Positions 8,750 to 17,368 of a stretch of DNA of 44,054 nucleotides are shown piece by piece. The notes under the pieces were generated by a model, which worked only from the letters and a program-made list of their open reading frames with translations, was not told the origin of the DNA and ran no database searches. Made by a program: the position numbers and the translations under genes. This stretch comes from Gemmatimonadota bacterium (lineage in GTDB: Bacteria; Gemmatimonadota; Gemmatimonadetes; Gemmatimonadales; GWC2-71-9), in NCBI GenBank assembly GCA_036679645.1, contig JAZDCY010000003.1, positions 1 through 44,054 on the forward strand, in the 5' to 3' direction. The first letter of the stretch is position 1. Every line of letters starts with the position of its first letter.

Positions 8750-10252
8750 TCAGGGGCCGGCGACCCGGAGCCGGCGGCCCGCCTGCAGCACATCCTCCAC
8801 CCCAATGCGATTCCACCGGCGCAACTGGCTGATGCGCACGCCGTACCGCCGGGAGATGGTCCACAGCGACTCTCCCCTACGAACCGTGTGATACGTGTTG
8901 GTGGACGTCGTGGCCGACACGACAGGGGGGGGGGGGGCGCGACCGGCGCCAGCGTCGCGCCGGGCTCCACTGCTCAGCGGGACGATGAGACGCTGGCCGA
9001 TACGAAGCCGGCGCGGCTCGAGGCCCGGATTCGCCGCCGTCAGCAGACGGAGACTCACGCCGTAGCGCTGCGCGATTAGGGAGAGCGTCTCGCCACGCCG
9101 AATCCGGTGCTCGATGAATGACACTCGCTCGCTCGCGGGTAGCTCCGCCCACCGGCGGGCAACCTGAGGACCGCGTCCCCGCGGTACGCGTACGACGGAC
9201 GTGCGCCGCGGCGGGGTGACGCCGCGGTAGAAATGCGAATTCAACTCTACGATGGCGCGCGCCGTCGTGTCCGCGAGGCGGGCCACGACATCCAAGCTGG
9301 TCGCGTCGGTGACGGTCACCTCGTCGAACACGAGTGGCTGCTGCAGTGTCACTTCATGGAAACCATACAGGGCGGGCTGCTTTGCGATCAAGGCAGCGGC
9401 AATCAGCTTGGGAACGTAGTCTCGCGTCTCGCGCCGGAGATAGCGGCGATCGGACAGGTGAAAGAACGTCGTGTCCGACAACGCATCCGCATCTGCACGG
9501 AGCCGGCGTATCCCGCGCGTCACGCGTGTGGGACCGCCGTTGTACGCCGCGGCGGCCAGGTACCAAGACCCGAACCGCTGCTCGAGATCGCGCAGGTGTC
9601 GGGCGGCGGCGTCGGTCGCCTTGAACGGATCGCGCCGCTCATCGACCCATGTCCCAATCTCGAGCCCGTACCGGCGTCCCGTGCTGCTGATGAACTGCCA
9701 CATGCCAACGGCACGCGCCCGTGATACCGCGGTGTTGGAGAAACCGCTCTCGATGAGCGCGAGATAGACGAGGTCCTGGGGAATCCCGTGCCCGCGGAGT
9801 GTTTCCCGGATCATCCCCTCGTACCGATGCATCCGGCCGAGCCAGATCTCAAACCGGTCGCGCGCGGGACCGAGAAAGAAATCGATGTAGTACTGTACCC
9901 GGCGATGCTGCGCGAACGACTCGACGTCGATGTCATAGGCCAGGAGCGCGGCGCTCGCGACCCCGCCCCGAGAAGAGAGCCCGTACGACTCGGCATCCGC
10001 TTCGTTGTCGGGGATCGTGACGGGCTGGAGGCGCCCGCGTACGCGCTCCGAGCGCCCGTCGAGGCTACCGAACTCGAGGGAGGCGAGCGCATCCAGCACT
10101 TCCCTGTCCGCCGCACTATCTGCGTCCCGCGCCATGACGGCGATCCCGGAATCCGGCGCCGGCATAAGGGCCTGGGGCCCGCCAGCCTGCGGCGCCGTCG
10201 CACAGGCGGCGACTGCGGTAAGAAGCACGAGTTGCTGGGTAATACGCGGCAC
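8750..10252 (-). CDS. MltD-like lytic transglycosylase lipoprotein with LysM domains
   Basis: Lipobox AVAAC, LALIESG, AVGMWQF, DERRDP, AAYNGG, ETRDYVPK, two clear C-terminal LysM repeats. Start at GTG after GGGGAGG. Confidence 0.9.
   Translation of the reverse strand: MPRITQQLVLLTAVAACATAPQAGGPQALMPAPDSGIAVMARDADSAADREVLDALASLEFGSLDGRSERVRGRLQPVTIPDNEADAESYGLSSRGGVASAALLAYDIDVESFAQHRRVQYYIDFFLGPARDRFEIWLGRMHRYEGMIRETLRGHGIPQDLVYLALIESGFSNTAVSRARAVGMWQFISSTGRRYGLEIGTWVDERRDPFKATDAAARHLRDLEQRFGSWYLAAAAYNGGPTRVTRGIRRLRADADALSDTTFFHLSDRRYLRRETRDYVPKLIAAALIAKQPALYGFHEVTLQQPLVFDEVTVTDATSLDVVARLADTTARAIVELNSHFYRGVTPPRRTSVVRVPRGRGPQVARRWAELPASERVSFIEHRIRRGETLSLIAQRYGVSLRLLTAANPGLEPRRLRIGQRLIVPLSSGARRDAGAGRAPPPPVVSATTSTNTYHTVRRGESLWTISRRYGVRISQLRRWNRIGVEDVLQAGRRLRVAGP
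8925..8937. repeat. G13 homopolymer (C13 on the coding strand) in the linker between LysM domains
   Basis: gaca-ggggggggggggg-cgc; encodes APPPPV. Confidence 0.85.
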
Positions 10253-10277
10253 GCTGCGGGACCTCCCCTTTCTCACC

Positions 10278-10691
10278 TTATCGGTTATCCCGCAGGAAAA
10301 TGTTCCCCAACAGGCGGTTCGTGGCATTCAGCACCGCGACGGCGGCACCTCGCTCGGGACGATCTTCCGCAAGGAACGAGCCGACGAGCCGTTGACTGGT
10401 GCCTTCGTGCTGGGCCACGAGAGAGACGATGAGCACCGTCGAATCGAAGGCCCGAACCGACTTCACGCCCAACAACTCGCAGATCAGGTCCCCTCGTCCC
10501 TTCACCGCTTCCTGGATAGCGTTGAGGGTCGCCTGCGCCGCACACCGCAGCTCACCCGCCTCCGAGCCCAACGCCTCGTGTGTCCCGACGTACTCGGACG
10601 AGGGATCCCATAGCAACGTGACACGCGCTCGACAGCGGCCGTTGGGGAGCCGCTTGAAATCGAATCCGATGAAGCGAAGACGACGATCCAT
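10278..10691 (-). CDS. Hypothetical protein (137 aa)
   Basis: Protein-like composition, tightly packed in the operon upstream of the mltD-like gene. Confidence 0.7.
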   Translation of the reverse strand: MDRRLRFIGFDFKRLPNGRCRARVTLLWDPSSEYVGTHEALGSEAGELRCAAQATLNAIQEAVKGRGDLICELLGVKSVRAFDSTVLIVSLVAQHEGTSQRLVGSFLAEDRPERGAAVAVLNATNRLLGNIFLRDNR

Positions 10692-10697
10692 GGTCGC

Positions 10698-10952
10698 TCA
10701 GCCGGTCCGCTCGAACTCCACCTCGAGCTGGCCGGTCGGGGGAGTCGCGGCGGCCCGTAGGAGATCGGCGTCGAGCCGGGGCCTCCCGTGCTCATCGAGC
10801 GTGACCGAGATCAGTAGCATCTGGCCGTCCTCGAGCGTCACGCGGAGCTGGCGGCAGTCGGAACGGATGGTCACGTCGTGGACGGTCCGATCCCGAAGGT
10901 AGGAGACCGCATCGGCAATGCGGCGGAGGTCATGGACAGAGGTGAGACTCAA
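10698..10952 (-). CDS. Hypothetical protein (about 84 aa, TTG start)
   Basis: 3' half of ORF 10698..11216 is protein-like and fills the gap between neighbours. Confidence 0.55.
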   Translation of the reverse strand: MSLTSVHDLRRIADAVSYLRDRTVHDVTIRSDCRQLRVTLEDGQMLLISVTLDEHGRPRLDADLLRAAATPPTGQLEVEFERTG

Positions 10953-10975
10953 GGGGGGCGCCTGGTGTCGCGTGG

Positions 10976-11221
10976 CTAGGGACGATGCTGACAGAGTAGG
11001 TCGTGCAACGACGCGTCCGAGATCTTCTCCGCCTGGATGAACAGCGATGATTTCGACGTCGCTTCGATTGGATACGACGCCCAGAATGCCTCCCGCGTAG
11101 CTCGGGCGTCGGCCGCTCTGAACGAGAGCATGAGTTGCCACAGGGACTGGTTTGGCCGCCGCTCGGCGGCAGGATGGACATGCCAGACTTCGCCTTCTCT
11201 CGAGATCACTCGCCAAGCCAT
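10976..11221 (-). CDS. Hypothetical protein (81 aa)
   Basis: MAWRVISREGEVWHV..., globular composition, co-oriented. Confidence 0.6.
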   Translation of the reverse strand: MAWRVISREGEVWHVHPAAERRPNQSLWQLMLSFRAADARATREAFWASYPIEATSKSSLFIQAEKISDASLHDLLCQHRP

Positions 11222-11290
11222 CGCCGTCTTTGCCTCATCACGGGTTTGGAAAGATGCAGGCTCGTATATTGGCGGCCGTTTTCGAGGCGG

Positions 11291-11884
11291 TCAAGGGAGC
11301 ACGATCCCGAGTGCGGCGAGATCGTCTGCCGTGTCGATATCGCGTCGTGTCTTCAGCGTCACGACTGAAAGATCGGCGACCGCGAGACGATCGAGTGTGA
11401 CGCGGGTCACCTGGCCGGTGCTCCACGGGATCTCTCGAAAGGGCGCCGGGGCGTCGCGCGCCAGCCCGATGAGGTAGTACCCCCCGTCAGTAGCCGGGCC
11501 AATCACCGCATCAGCCGCCGCGAGGGCCCGCACGGCTTCGCCGATAACCGCGCCATCAACGCCCGGCGCATCCGCGCCGATCGCGATGACGGGATGGTCG
11601 CCGCGACGGAAGTGCGCGCGGAACGCGTGTGTGAGCCTGGACCCCAAGTCACCCTCGGGCTGCGCCAGGAACTCGTGGTCGCCGAGCCAGCGGCGCATCT
11701 CGTCCTCGGCATCGGGCGGATCGTACCAGACGGTGAGCGAGGCATCCCGTGCGACCCCATCTGCGACGGCGCGACCCAGTTGGCGATACACGGCAAGCGC
11801 GCGCTCCACACCGATCGTCGCCGCGAGCCGTGTCTTGACCGTTCCCGACCGCGGGGCCTTGGCAAACAGGAGGACGGCTGTCAT
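11291..11884 (-). CDS. TIGR04282/DUF2064 CofC-like glycosyltransferase (arsenosugar/rSAM-associated family)
   Basis: FAKAP..GTVKTRL, Q..GDLG.RL, IGADAP, GPATDGGYYLIG, DIDT..DL. Confidence 0.9.
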   Translation of the reverse strand: MTAVLLFAKAPRSGTVKTRLAATIGVERALAVYRQLGRAVADGVARDASLTVWYDPPDAEDEMRRWLGDHEFLAQPEGDLGSRLTHAFRAHFRRGDHPVIAIGADAPGVDGAVIGEAVRALAAADAVIGPATDGGYYLIGLARDAPAPFREIPWSTGQVTRVTLDRLAVADLSVVTLKTRRDIDTADDLAALGIVLP

Positions 11885-12573
11885 GTCGTTGGCGGTTCCG
11901 CCCGGTAGAAACGGACCAACCGTTCGGGTGACACGCCAGCCAGGAAGGCCGACAGGAGCCCGACGTTGCGCAACCACGAGCGCACCGGGCCTTCCCGCTG
12001 CCAGCGCCGGGCGGATACCAGAAGCGCGGAGCGGAACCGTCGCACCGGTCCTTGGCGACGCACGACACGGATCATCGCCACGTCCTCCATGATCGGCAGG
12101 TCGGGATACCCGCCAATCGCCTCGAACAACGCGCGGCGGATGACCAGCCCCTGGTCACCGTACGGCAGGCCTCCCAACCGGTCGCGCAACCTCGCTCCAA
12201 ACTCGATCACCCGATACCACACACCGCGTGCGTCGATCCGCAGCCGCCAGACGGCCGCAGCTACGGAGGAGTCCCGCATTGCCTGGAGCAGGTCGCGCCC
12301 CGCCTCCGCTGGGAACCGGATGTCTGCGTGCAGGAATGCCACCCAGGTCCCCACCGCTAACCGCGCACCGGCGTTCATCTGGCGAGCACGTCCGCGCGGC
12401 GCCTCGCACACTACCGCGCCGGATTGGTGCGCGAGGGCTCGCGTCCCGTCCTCGGAACCGCCGTCGGCGATGATGATCTGCGGCGGCGGCTCGAGTCGGG
12501 CGAGGTCCGCGAGGAGCGCGGGCAGGTGGCGCGCCTCGTTGAGTGTTGGGATGACGACCGAGAGGTCGGTCAG
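11881..12573 (-). CDS. TIGR04283 family GT2 glycosyltransferase (CTG start inferred)
   Basis: Frame extends upstream of the track ORF to LSVVIPTLNEA..IIADGGSEDGT; GRARQMNAGA, FLHAD, PYGDQG, IMEDV, SARRW. Confidence 0.88.
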   Translation of the reverse strand: MTDLSVVIPTLNEARHLPALLADLARLEPPPQIIIADGGSEDGTRALAHQSGAVVCEAPRGRARQMNAGARLAVGTWVAFLHADIRFPAEAGRDLLQAMRDSSVAAAVWRLRIDARGVWYRVIEFGARLRDRLGGLPYGDQGLVIRRALFEAIGGYPDLPIMEDVAMIRVVRRQGPVRRFRSALLVSARRWQREGPVRSWLRNVGLLSAFLAGVSPERLVRFYRAEPPTT

Positions 12574-12576
12574 CGC

Positions 12577-13389
12577 TCAGCCCTCTGTGCCAAACACCGC
12601 CGTGTCGTTGAGCGTCCAGTCGTACTCGAGGAACTCGACCCGTACGTGGTCCGGGTCGAGCAGCCGAGCCTCGGCAGCGGGAAGGTATCGCCGCAGGAAG
12701 GTAATGATGTCCGCCGTGTCACCGAAGTCGTCCTTGTACCAATCGAGCACCTTGTTGACGTGGAGCACCGGTGGATCACCTTCGTCGAGACGAAAATGCA
12801 GGGGGCTGGCAACGAACCTGCGAACCGCGTCATCGAGTTGCTCGTTTATCCGGCTAGCACGGTACGCTTGGGCTGCGAGCACCGGGCACGACCGGGACGC
12901 ACAGTTTACCGCAAAGTGAATGCGCGGATCGCCCATGAGACGGATGACGCCATGCTCGATCCCGTCGAGCGATCGATCGCGTTGCGCAATGTAGCAAAAC
13001 GCGCGATCCCACGTGTCGGGGATCTGGCGAATCGAGTTTGCGGGCACACCCACGACACGGTTCGCGAGACCTGCGATACCGCCACGCCGCTCGATTGGGT
13101 AGTGGTCTATCACGAGCCGCATGGCGCAGGCGTTGTACGCGTTGATCCAGAACGCCAGTCGCGCGTCGCGTGACACTAGGTTCAGCGCGGACGGGCTGGT
13201 GTGACCCAACTGCTCCAGATACCGGTCGAATACGACGCGGTTTGCCGCAAGCCCTGCATAGTCCACCAGGCCGTCGTGCAGATACTGCGCGAGCACCGAA
13301 TCGAACAGTGCGTGGTCGGGCAGCGTCTGCGCGACGGCCGGACGACCAAGTGCCGCAAGCACGGCGAGCACAGCCAACAAACGCATCAT
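12577..13389 (-). CDS. DUF547 domain secreted protein
   Basis: Signal peptide, GLVDY, LAFWINAYNA, LDGIEH, DPRIHFAVNCASRSCP, YDWTLND. Confidence 0.92.
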   Translation of the reverse strand: MMRLLAVLAVLAALGRPAVAQTLPDHALFDSVLAQYLHDGLVDYAGLAANRVVFDRYLEQLGHTSPSALNLVSRDARLAFWINAYNACAMRLVIDHYPIERRGGIAGLANRVVGVPANSIRQIPDTWDRAFCYIAQRDRSLDGIEHGVIRLMGDPRIHFAVNCASRSCPVLAAQAYRASRINEQLDDAVRRFVASPLHFRLDEGDPPVLHVNKVLDWYKDDFGDTADIITFLRRYLPAAEARLLDPDHVRVEFLEYDWTLNDTAVFGTEG

Positions 13390-14078
13390 GTCGCCTCCCG
13401 TCCACCGCCCGGCACGTACCCTAGCCGGCGGGCAATGAGCGGCACGGCAATGAGCAACAGGAAGAGGGCCGCCGCGATCCACAACCGTACGTATGCGTCA
13501 CGGCTCGCGTGCGCGGTACCCTCAACGAGCGCATCCGCGAAGAACGTATAGACCATCGTGCCGGGGAGAATACCCAGGACCGTGGCGAGCGCGTAGTCGC
13601 GCCACCGCATGGCGGTGAGTCCGGACCCGACATTCAATGCGTTGAACGGAAAGAGCGGGATGAGACGCAGGATCAGCAGGCCGATGAACCCTCGCTCCGC
13701 CATTGCCCGATCGAGGCCCGCCAGGCGACGGCCGCCGATGCGTTCCGCACCATCGCGTCCCAGCCAGCGCGCCAGCCCGAATGCGGCGCTGGCGCCGATG
13801 TTCGCGCCGAGCGTATTGAGCAGTGCCCCAAACCAGAGCCCAAAAATCGCGCCCCCGGCGATAGTCAGCGCCGATCCGGGCAACGCCACCGCCGTCGCCG
13901 CCGCGTAGATGACGACAAACAGCAGGGGCGCCCACACCGAGGAGCGGAGCATCTCCCGCACCTCGAGGACTCCGCTCACCGTCATGTAGTCCCCTAGCGG
14001 TGTCAGCCGGCTCGCGAACGCCGCAGCGACGAGGACGGCTACCAGTCCACCCAGCTTGACCCACGGACGACTGCCCAT
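13386..14078 (-). CDS. TVP38/TMEM64 (DedA/VTT superfamily) membrane protein
   Basis: LPGSALTIAGGAIFG, LRLIPLFPFNALN, T.LGILPGT. Confidence 0.9.
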   Translation of the reverse strand: MGSRPWVKLGGLVAVLVAAAFASRLTPLGDYMTVSGVLEVREMLRSSVWAPLLFVVIYAAATAVALPGSALTIAGGAIFGLWFGALLNTLGANIGASAAFGLARWLGRDGAERIGGRRLAGLDRAMAERGFIGLLILRLIPLFPFNALNVGSGLTAMRWRDYALATVLGILPGTMVYTFFADALVEGTAHASRDAYVRLWIAAALFLLLIAVPLIARRLGYVPGGGREAT

Positions 14079-15499
14079 CAGGCGAGCCACCTGACCAGGC
14101 GGCGGATCCATTTGCCGCGGGTGCCCTGCAGCGCCTCGCGGTAGTAGAGATCGGCGGTCCGCTTGACGGCCTCCGCGACGGTTGGATAAGCCCACACGAT
14201 ATGAGAGAGCTTCTTGAGCGGTATGCGGTGCCGCATGGCCAGGACGAGCGCGGGGAGCAATTCTCCGGCGCCTCGTGCGACGATCGTCGCCCCGATGATG
14301 CGCCCGTTGTTGCGGGTGATGATCTCGACGAATCCCTCGGTATGGCCATCGACGATCGACCGATCCAGGTCGGCGAGGCCGTAGCTGTAGACCTGTACCT
14401 TGGCAAAGCGATCGCGCGCCTCGGCCGCCGTGAGCCCTACACGAGCCACCTCGGGATCGGTGAACGTGACCGACGGCACCTGGGAATAGTCGGCGCGGGC
14501 CTTGAGTGGCGAGACGATGTTCCGCAACACCAGTTTTGCCTGGTAATCGGCGACGTGCGTGAACTGCGGTCCGCCCACCACGTCTCCGGCCGCCCAGATG
14601 GACTTCACGGCCGTGCGGAGTGTGCGATCGACGACGACGGTACCGCGATCGACCGCTACCCCGACGGTCTCGAGCCCGAGACCATCGCCATTGGGTCGCC
14701 GCCCCGTCGCGACGAGGATACGATCCACGTCGACCGCCACCTCGCCATCCCCCTGCAGCGCGCACAGCCGATGCGTACCGCCCGGACCCGGCTCGACCCG
14801 AGCGACGGGTGTGCCTGTCAGTATGCGGACGCCTTCGGCCTCGAGCACCCGTGCGAGGACACTCGCCGCCGCCTCGTCGTCGCGGGGGAGCAACCTGGGC
14901 AATGCCTCGAACACGGTGACCTCCGATCCGAGGCGGCGCAGGGCCTGTGCGAACTCGACCCCAATCGCGCCACCGCCAAGAATGCCGATGTGTCGGGGCG
15001 CTTCGTCCAGATCGAAAACCGTGTGATGGGTGAGATACCCCGCGTCCTCGAGCCCCGGAATGGGTGGCACGCTTGGCCGGGCTCCCGTCGCTATGACGAC
15101 GTGCTTCGCCTCGAGCGACGCTCCATCGACCACAACGGTGTGAGGGCCCACGACCTCGGCGCTTCCGAAGCGGACATCGATGCCGAGCTGGCGGAACCGG
15201 TCTGGATCGTCATGGACGGCCACGGTCTCACGCACACGACGCAGACGGTCCATGACGCTCCCGAACCCGCCCGCCGGGCTCACTGGCTCCAGGCCGTACC
15301 GGTCCGCCACGCGCATGTCGTGGGCGACGCGCGCGGACGCGATGAGGGCCTTGCTGGGGACGCATCCGGTCCACAGGCAATCACCGCCCAGCGCATCGCG
15401 CTCGACGAGCGCGACGCGCAATCCTAGCGAGGCCGCCCCGGCGGATGTCACCAGGCCGGCCGTGCCGCCACCAATCACTACGAGATCGAACGAAGACAT
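14078..15499 (-). CDS. Pyridine nucleotide-disulfide oxidoreductase (MerA/lipoamide dehydrogenase-like)
   Basis: GGGTAG, GGDCLWTGCVPSK, GGGAIGVE, AAGDV, AYPT. Lacks the MerA C-terminal Cys pair. Confidence 0.9.
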   Translation of the reverse strand: MSSFDLVVIGGGTAGLVTSAGAASLGLRVALVERDALGGDCLWTGCVPSKALIASARVAHDMRVADRYGLEPVSPAGGFGSVMDRLRRVRETVAVHDDPDRFRQLGIDVRFGSAEVVGPHTVVVDGASLEAKHVVIATGARPSVPPIPGLEDAGYLTHHTVFDLDEAPRHIGILGGGAIGVEFAQALRRLGSEVTVFEALPRLLPRDDEAAASVLARVLEAEGVRILTGTPVARVEPGPGGTHRLCALQGDGEVAVDVDRILVATGRRPNGDGLGLETVGVAVDRGTVVVDRTLRTAVKSIWAAGDVVGGPQFTHVADYQAKLVLRNIVSPLKARADYSQVPSVTFTDPEVARVGLTAAEARDRFAKVQVYSYGLADLDRSIVDGHTEGFVEIITRNNGRIIGATIVARGAGELLPALVLAMRHRIPLKKLSHIVWAYPTVAEAVKRTADLYYREALQGTRGKWIRRLVRWLA

Positions 15500-15511
15500 G
15501 GCTTATCGCCC

Positions 15512-15552
15512 AAAAAACGTCAGCGCCCCGCGAGGAGTTCCTCGCGGGGCGC
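15512..15552 (-). terminator. Intrinsic terminator after pilin operon 1
   Basis: GCGCCCCGCGAGGA/TCCTCGCGGGGCGC perfect inverted repeat followed by a T6 tract on the minus strand. Confidence 0.8.
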
Positions 15553-15584
15553 GCACCGCGTCATCCCGGGGGGCCGGCGGCCGA

Positions 15585-17342
15585 TCAGTTGGGCGTCAGC
15601 GATCGGTAGTACGCATCGACGTCGAAGCCAACCGGATCGACCTCATAGTACCGGCTACGGAAGAAGTACCCCGTCGTGGGGAAATACGGCGGTGGATTCG
15701 TGAAGGCACACTGGTCGTACGAATACCGCTTCAGGTTCCCCGTTCCGCCGGAGCTGCGCAGCGTCGCGACGGCGCCGCGCGTGCGCTGGATAATCCCGCC
15801 GCTCAGGTAGAGACACCCCCGACCCCAGCGCCGCGTCTCGCACCATTCCGTACTGGTCGGCCCCGACCAGTACCGCTCGACGGTGAAGATGTCGAGCGCC
15901 AGCACGATGCCGTGGATGAACTCGTCCTTCGAGTCGTCGTACGTCAGGTAGCCGCGTCGCCCGGAGCCGTACACGGGAGCGTTGATTGTGTTGTCGGCAA
16001 CAACGACGTCGCCGCCGCTGAACAAGCCCAGCATGTCGTTACACGTCCCCGCACCGGGATCCGTAGCGTAGGTAACGTCGTCGGCGATGATGATCTCGGT
16101 GGTGGCCGCCAGCGTGACCTGCCCTCGGAGCACACCGCTGATGGCGACCTTGCCCTCGACGTAGATCACACCCTTGAATCCGGGGTTGAGCTGCCGCGAG
16201 AGTGGGAACAGGTACTGACCGTCGGCCCGGCCCGCCACCAATGGGCTGACCGCACCCGGCCACCGTAACCACTGCCCGCGCCCGTCGCTTGCGTTGAACC
16301 CGCCAGACAGTGAATCCGATCCTCCGAGGTAGCACCGTCGGTCTGAATCCGAGATGGCGTCCTGCCAAGAATCACTACTCGGTTCGCTCGGGTGGTCGTC
16401 CGCGACCACGAACGACCCGTCGGCGTGATAGTGCCCGCAGTTCTCCGAGTTCTTGAGGTATCTCCTGGAATAATCGGACGGGTACTCGCCCGTAACCCAG
16501 TTCGGGTCGGCGGACTGATACACGCGGAAGAATCCCTCGTTCGCGCCGTTCACGTCGCCGTCGCCGTTGAGATCGATGGCAATGAACTCGATCCGCGTGG
16601 ACGCCTCACCCTGGCCGCCGAGCGTGTTCCCCGAGATGGAGGTGTTCCCGGACTGGGCCTGGTTCCGCAGTTTGACGAGATCGGCGGTCTGTGGCATTGG
16701 GATGGGCGGGACACCTTCGGTGTAGCCCTGGGCAAACGTCCCGTACTGGCCGCCCTGGACCGTGAGCGCGGTCGTTACCGGACCCCAGAATGTGGCGCCG
16801 GACGAATAGATCTTGAGATAGCTGTTCGTGTGGACGGGCCCGAAAAGTTGGTCACCACCACCGAATGAGATGTTGGACGGTTCGATGTCCGTGAAGTAGG
16901 CAAACTTCGCGAAACTTTCCTGCGCGATCTCGCCGCGTCGGACGACACGATTGCCGAAATCGTCTTCGGCAACGCTCACCACGCTGCCGAACACGCCGTA
17001 TTGCCCGGACGTAATGCCGGTTGGTCCAACGTACACCCAACGCCGCACGTTGGGGATGCTCGCGCCGCCCGCGTCAACCACCGCCGCGCCGCTCTCGAGC
17101 ACGTTGTAAGCAGTATCGGGATAGAGCGAATAGTTCCCGTTCAGCGCGGACCGGCCCACTTCGATACCGGCATCGGCGATCGCCTCGAGCGCGAGTTGCC
17201 GCTCATTGTAGCGGTTGATGAGGGAAATGTTAGTCATGATGAGCGCGGCACCGACAGAGATCGCGCCGACGACCAGCGCTACGAGAAGCACCGTAATCAA
17301 CGCAATACCGCGCTCGTTCTGTGTCAATCGCATACGCAACAT
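15585..17342 (-). CDS. Large PilX-like minor pilin with extended C-terminal domain (operon 1)
   Basis: Prepilin-like ERG/IALITVLLV lacking Glu5, A..IADAGIE PilX-N motif, GPVHTN, ends PPYFP; RBS AGGAGGAG. Confidence 0.8.
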   Translation of the reverse strand: MLRMRLTQNERGIALITVLLVALVVGAISVGAALIMTNISLINRYNERQLALEAIADAGIEVGRSALNGNYSLYPDTAYNVLESGAAVVDAGGASIPNVRRWVYVGPTGITSGQYGVFGSVVSVAEDDFGNRVVRRGEIAQESFAKFAYFTDIEPSNISFGGGDQLFGPVHTNSYLKIYSSGATFWGPVTTALTVQGGQYGTFAQGYTEGVPPIPMPQTADLVKLRNQAQSGNTSISGNTLGGQGEASTRIEFIAIDLNGDGDVNGANEGFFRVYQSADPNWVTGEYPSDYSRRYLKNSENCGHYHADGSFVVADDHPSEPSSDSWQDAISDSDRRCYLGGSDSLSGGFNASDGRGQWLRWPGAVSPLVAGRADGQYLFPLSRQLNPGFKGVIYVEGKVAISGVLRGQVTLAATTEIIIADDVTYATDPGAGTCNDMLGLFSGGDVVVADNTINAPVYGSGRRGYLTYDDSKDEFIHGIVLALDIFTVERYWSGPTSTEWCETRRWGRGCLYLSGGIIQRTRGAVATLRSSGGTGNLKRYSYDQCAFTNPPPYFPTTGYFFRSRYYEVDPVGFDVDAYYRSLTPN

Positions 17343-17368
17343 ATTCTCCTCCTGCCCGAGATTCCGGC

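Noticed and set aside
12577..12579. Selenocysteine codon
   Set aside because: The UGA follows the natural DUF547 C-terminus (YDWTLND) and is not in a redox motif; no SECIS was verified.
14078..15499. Mercuric reductase MerA
   Set aside because: No C-terminal Cys-Cys pair, no N-terminal metal-binding domain and no mer genes nearby; kept as a generic flavoprotein disulfide reductase.
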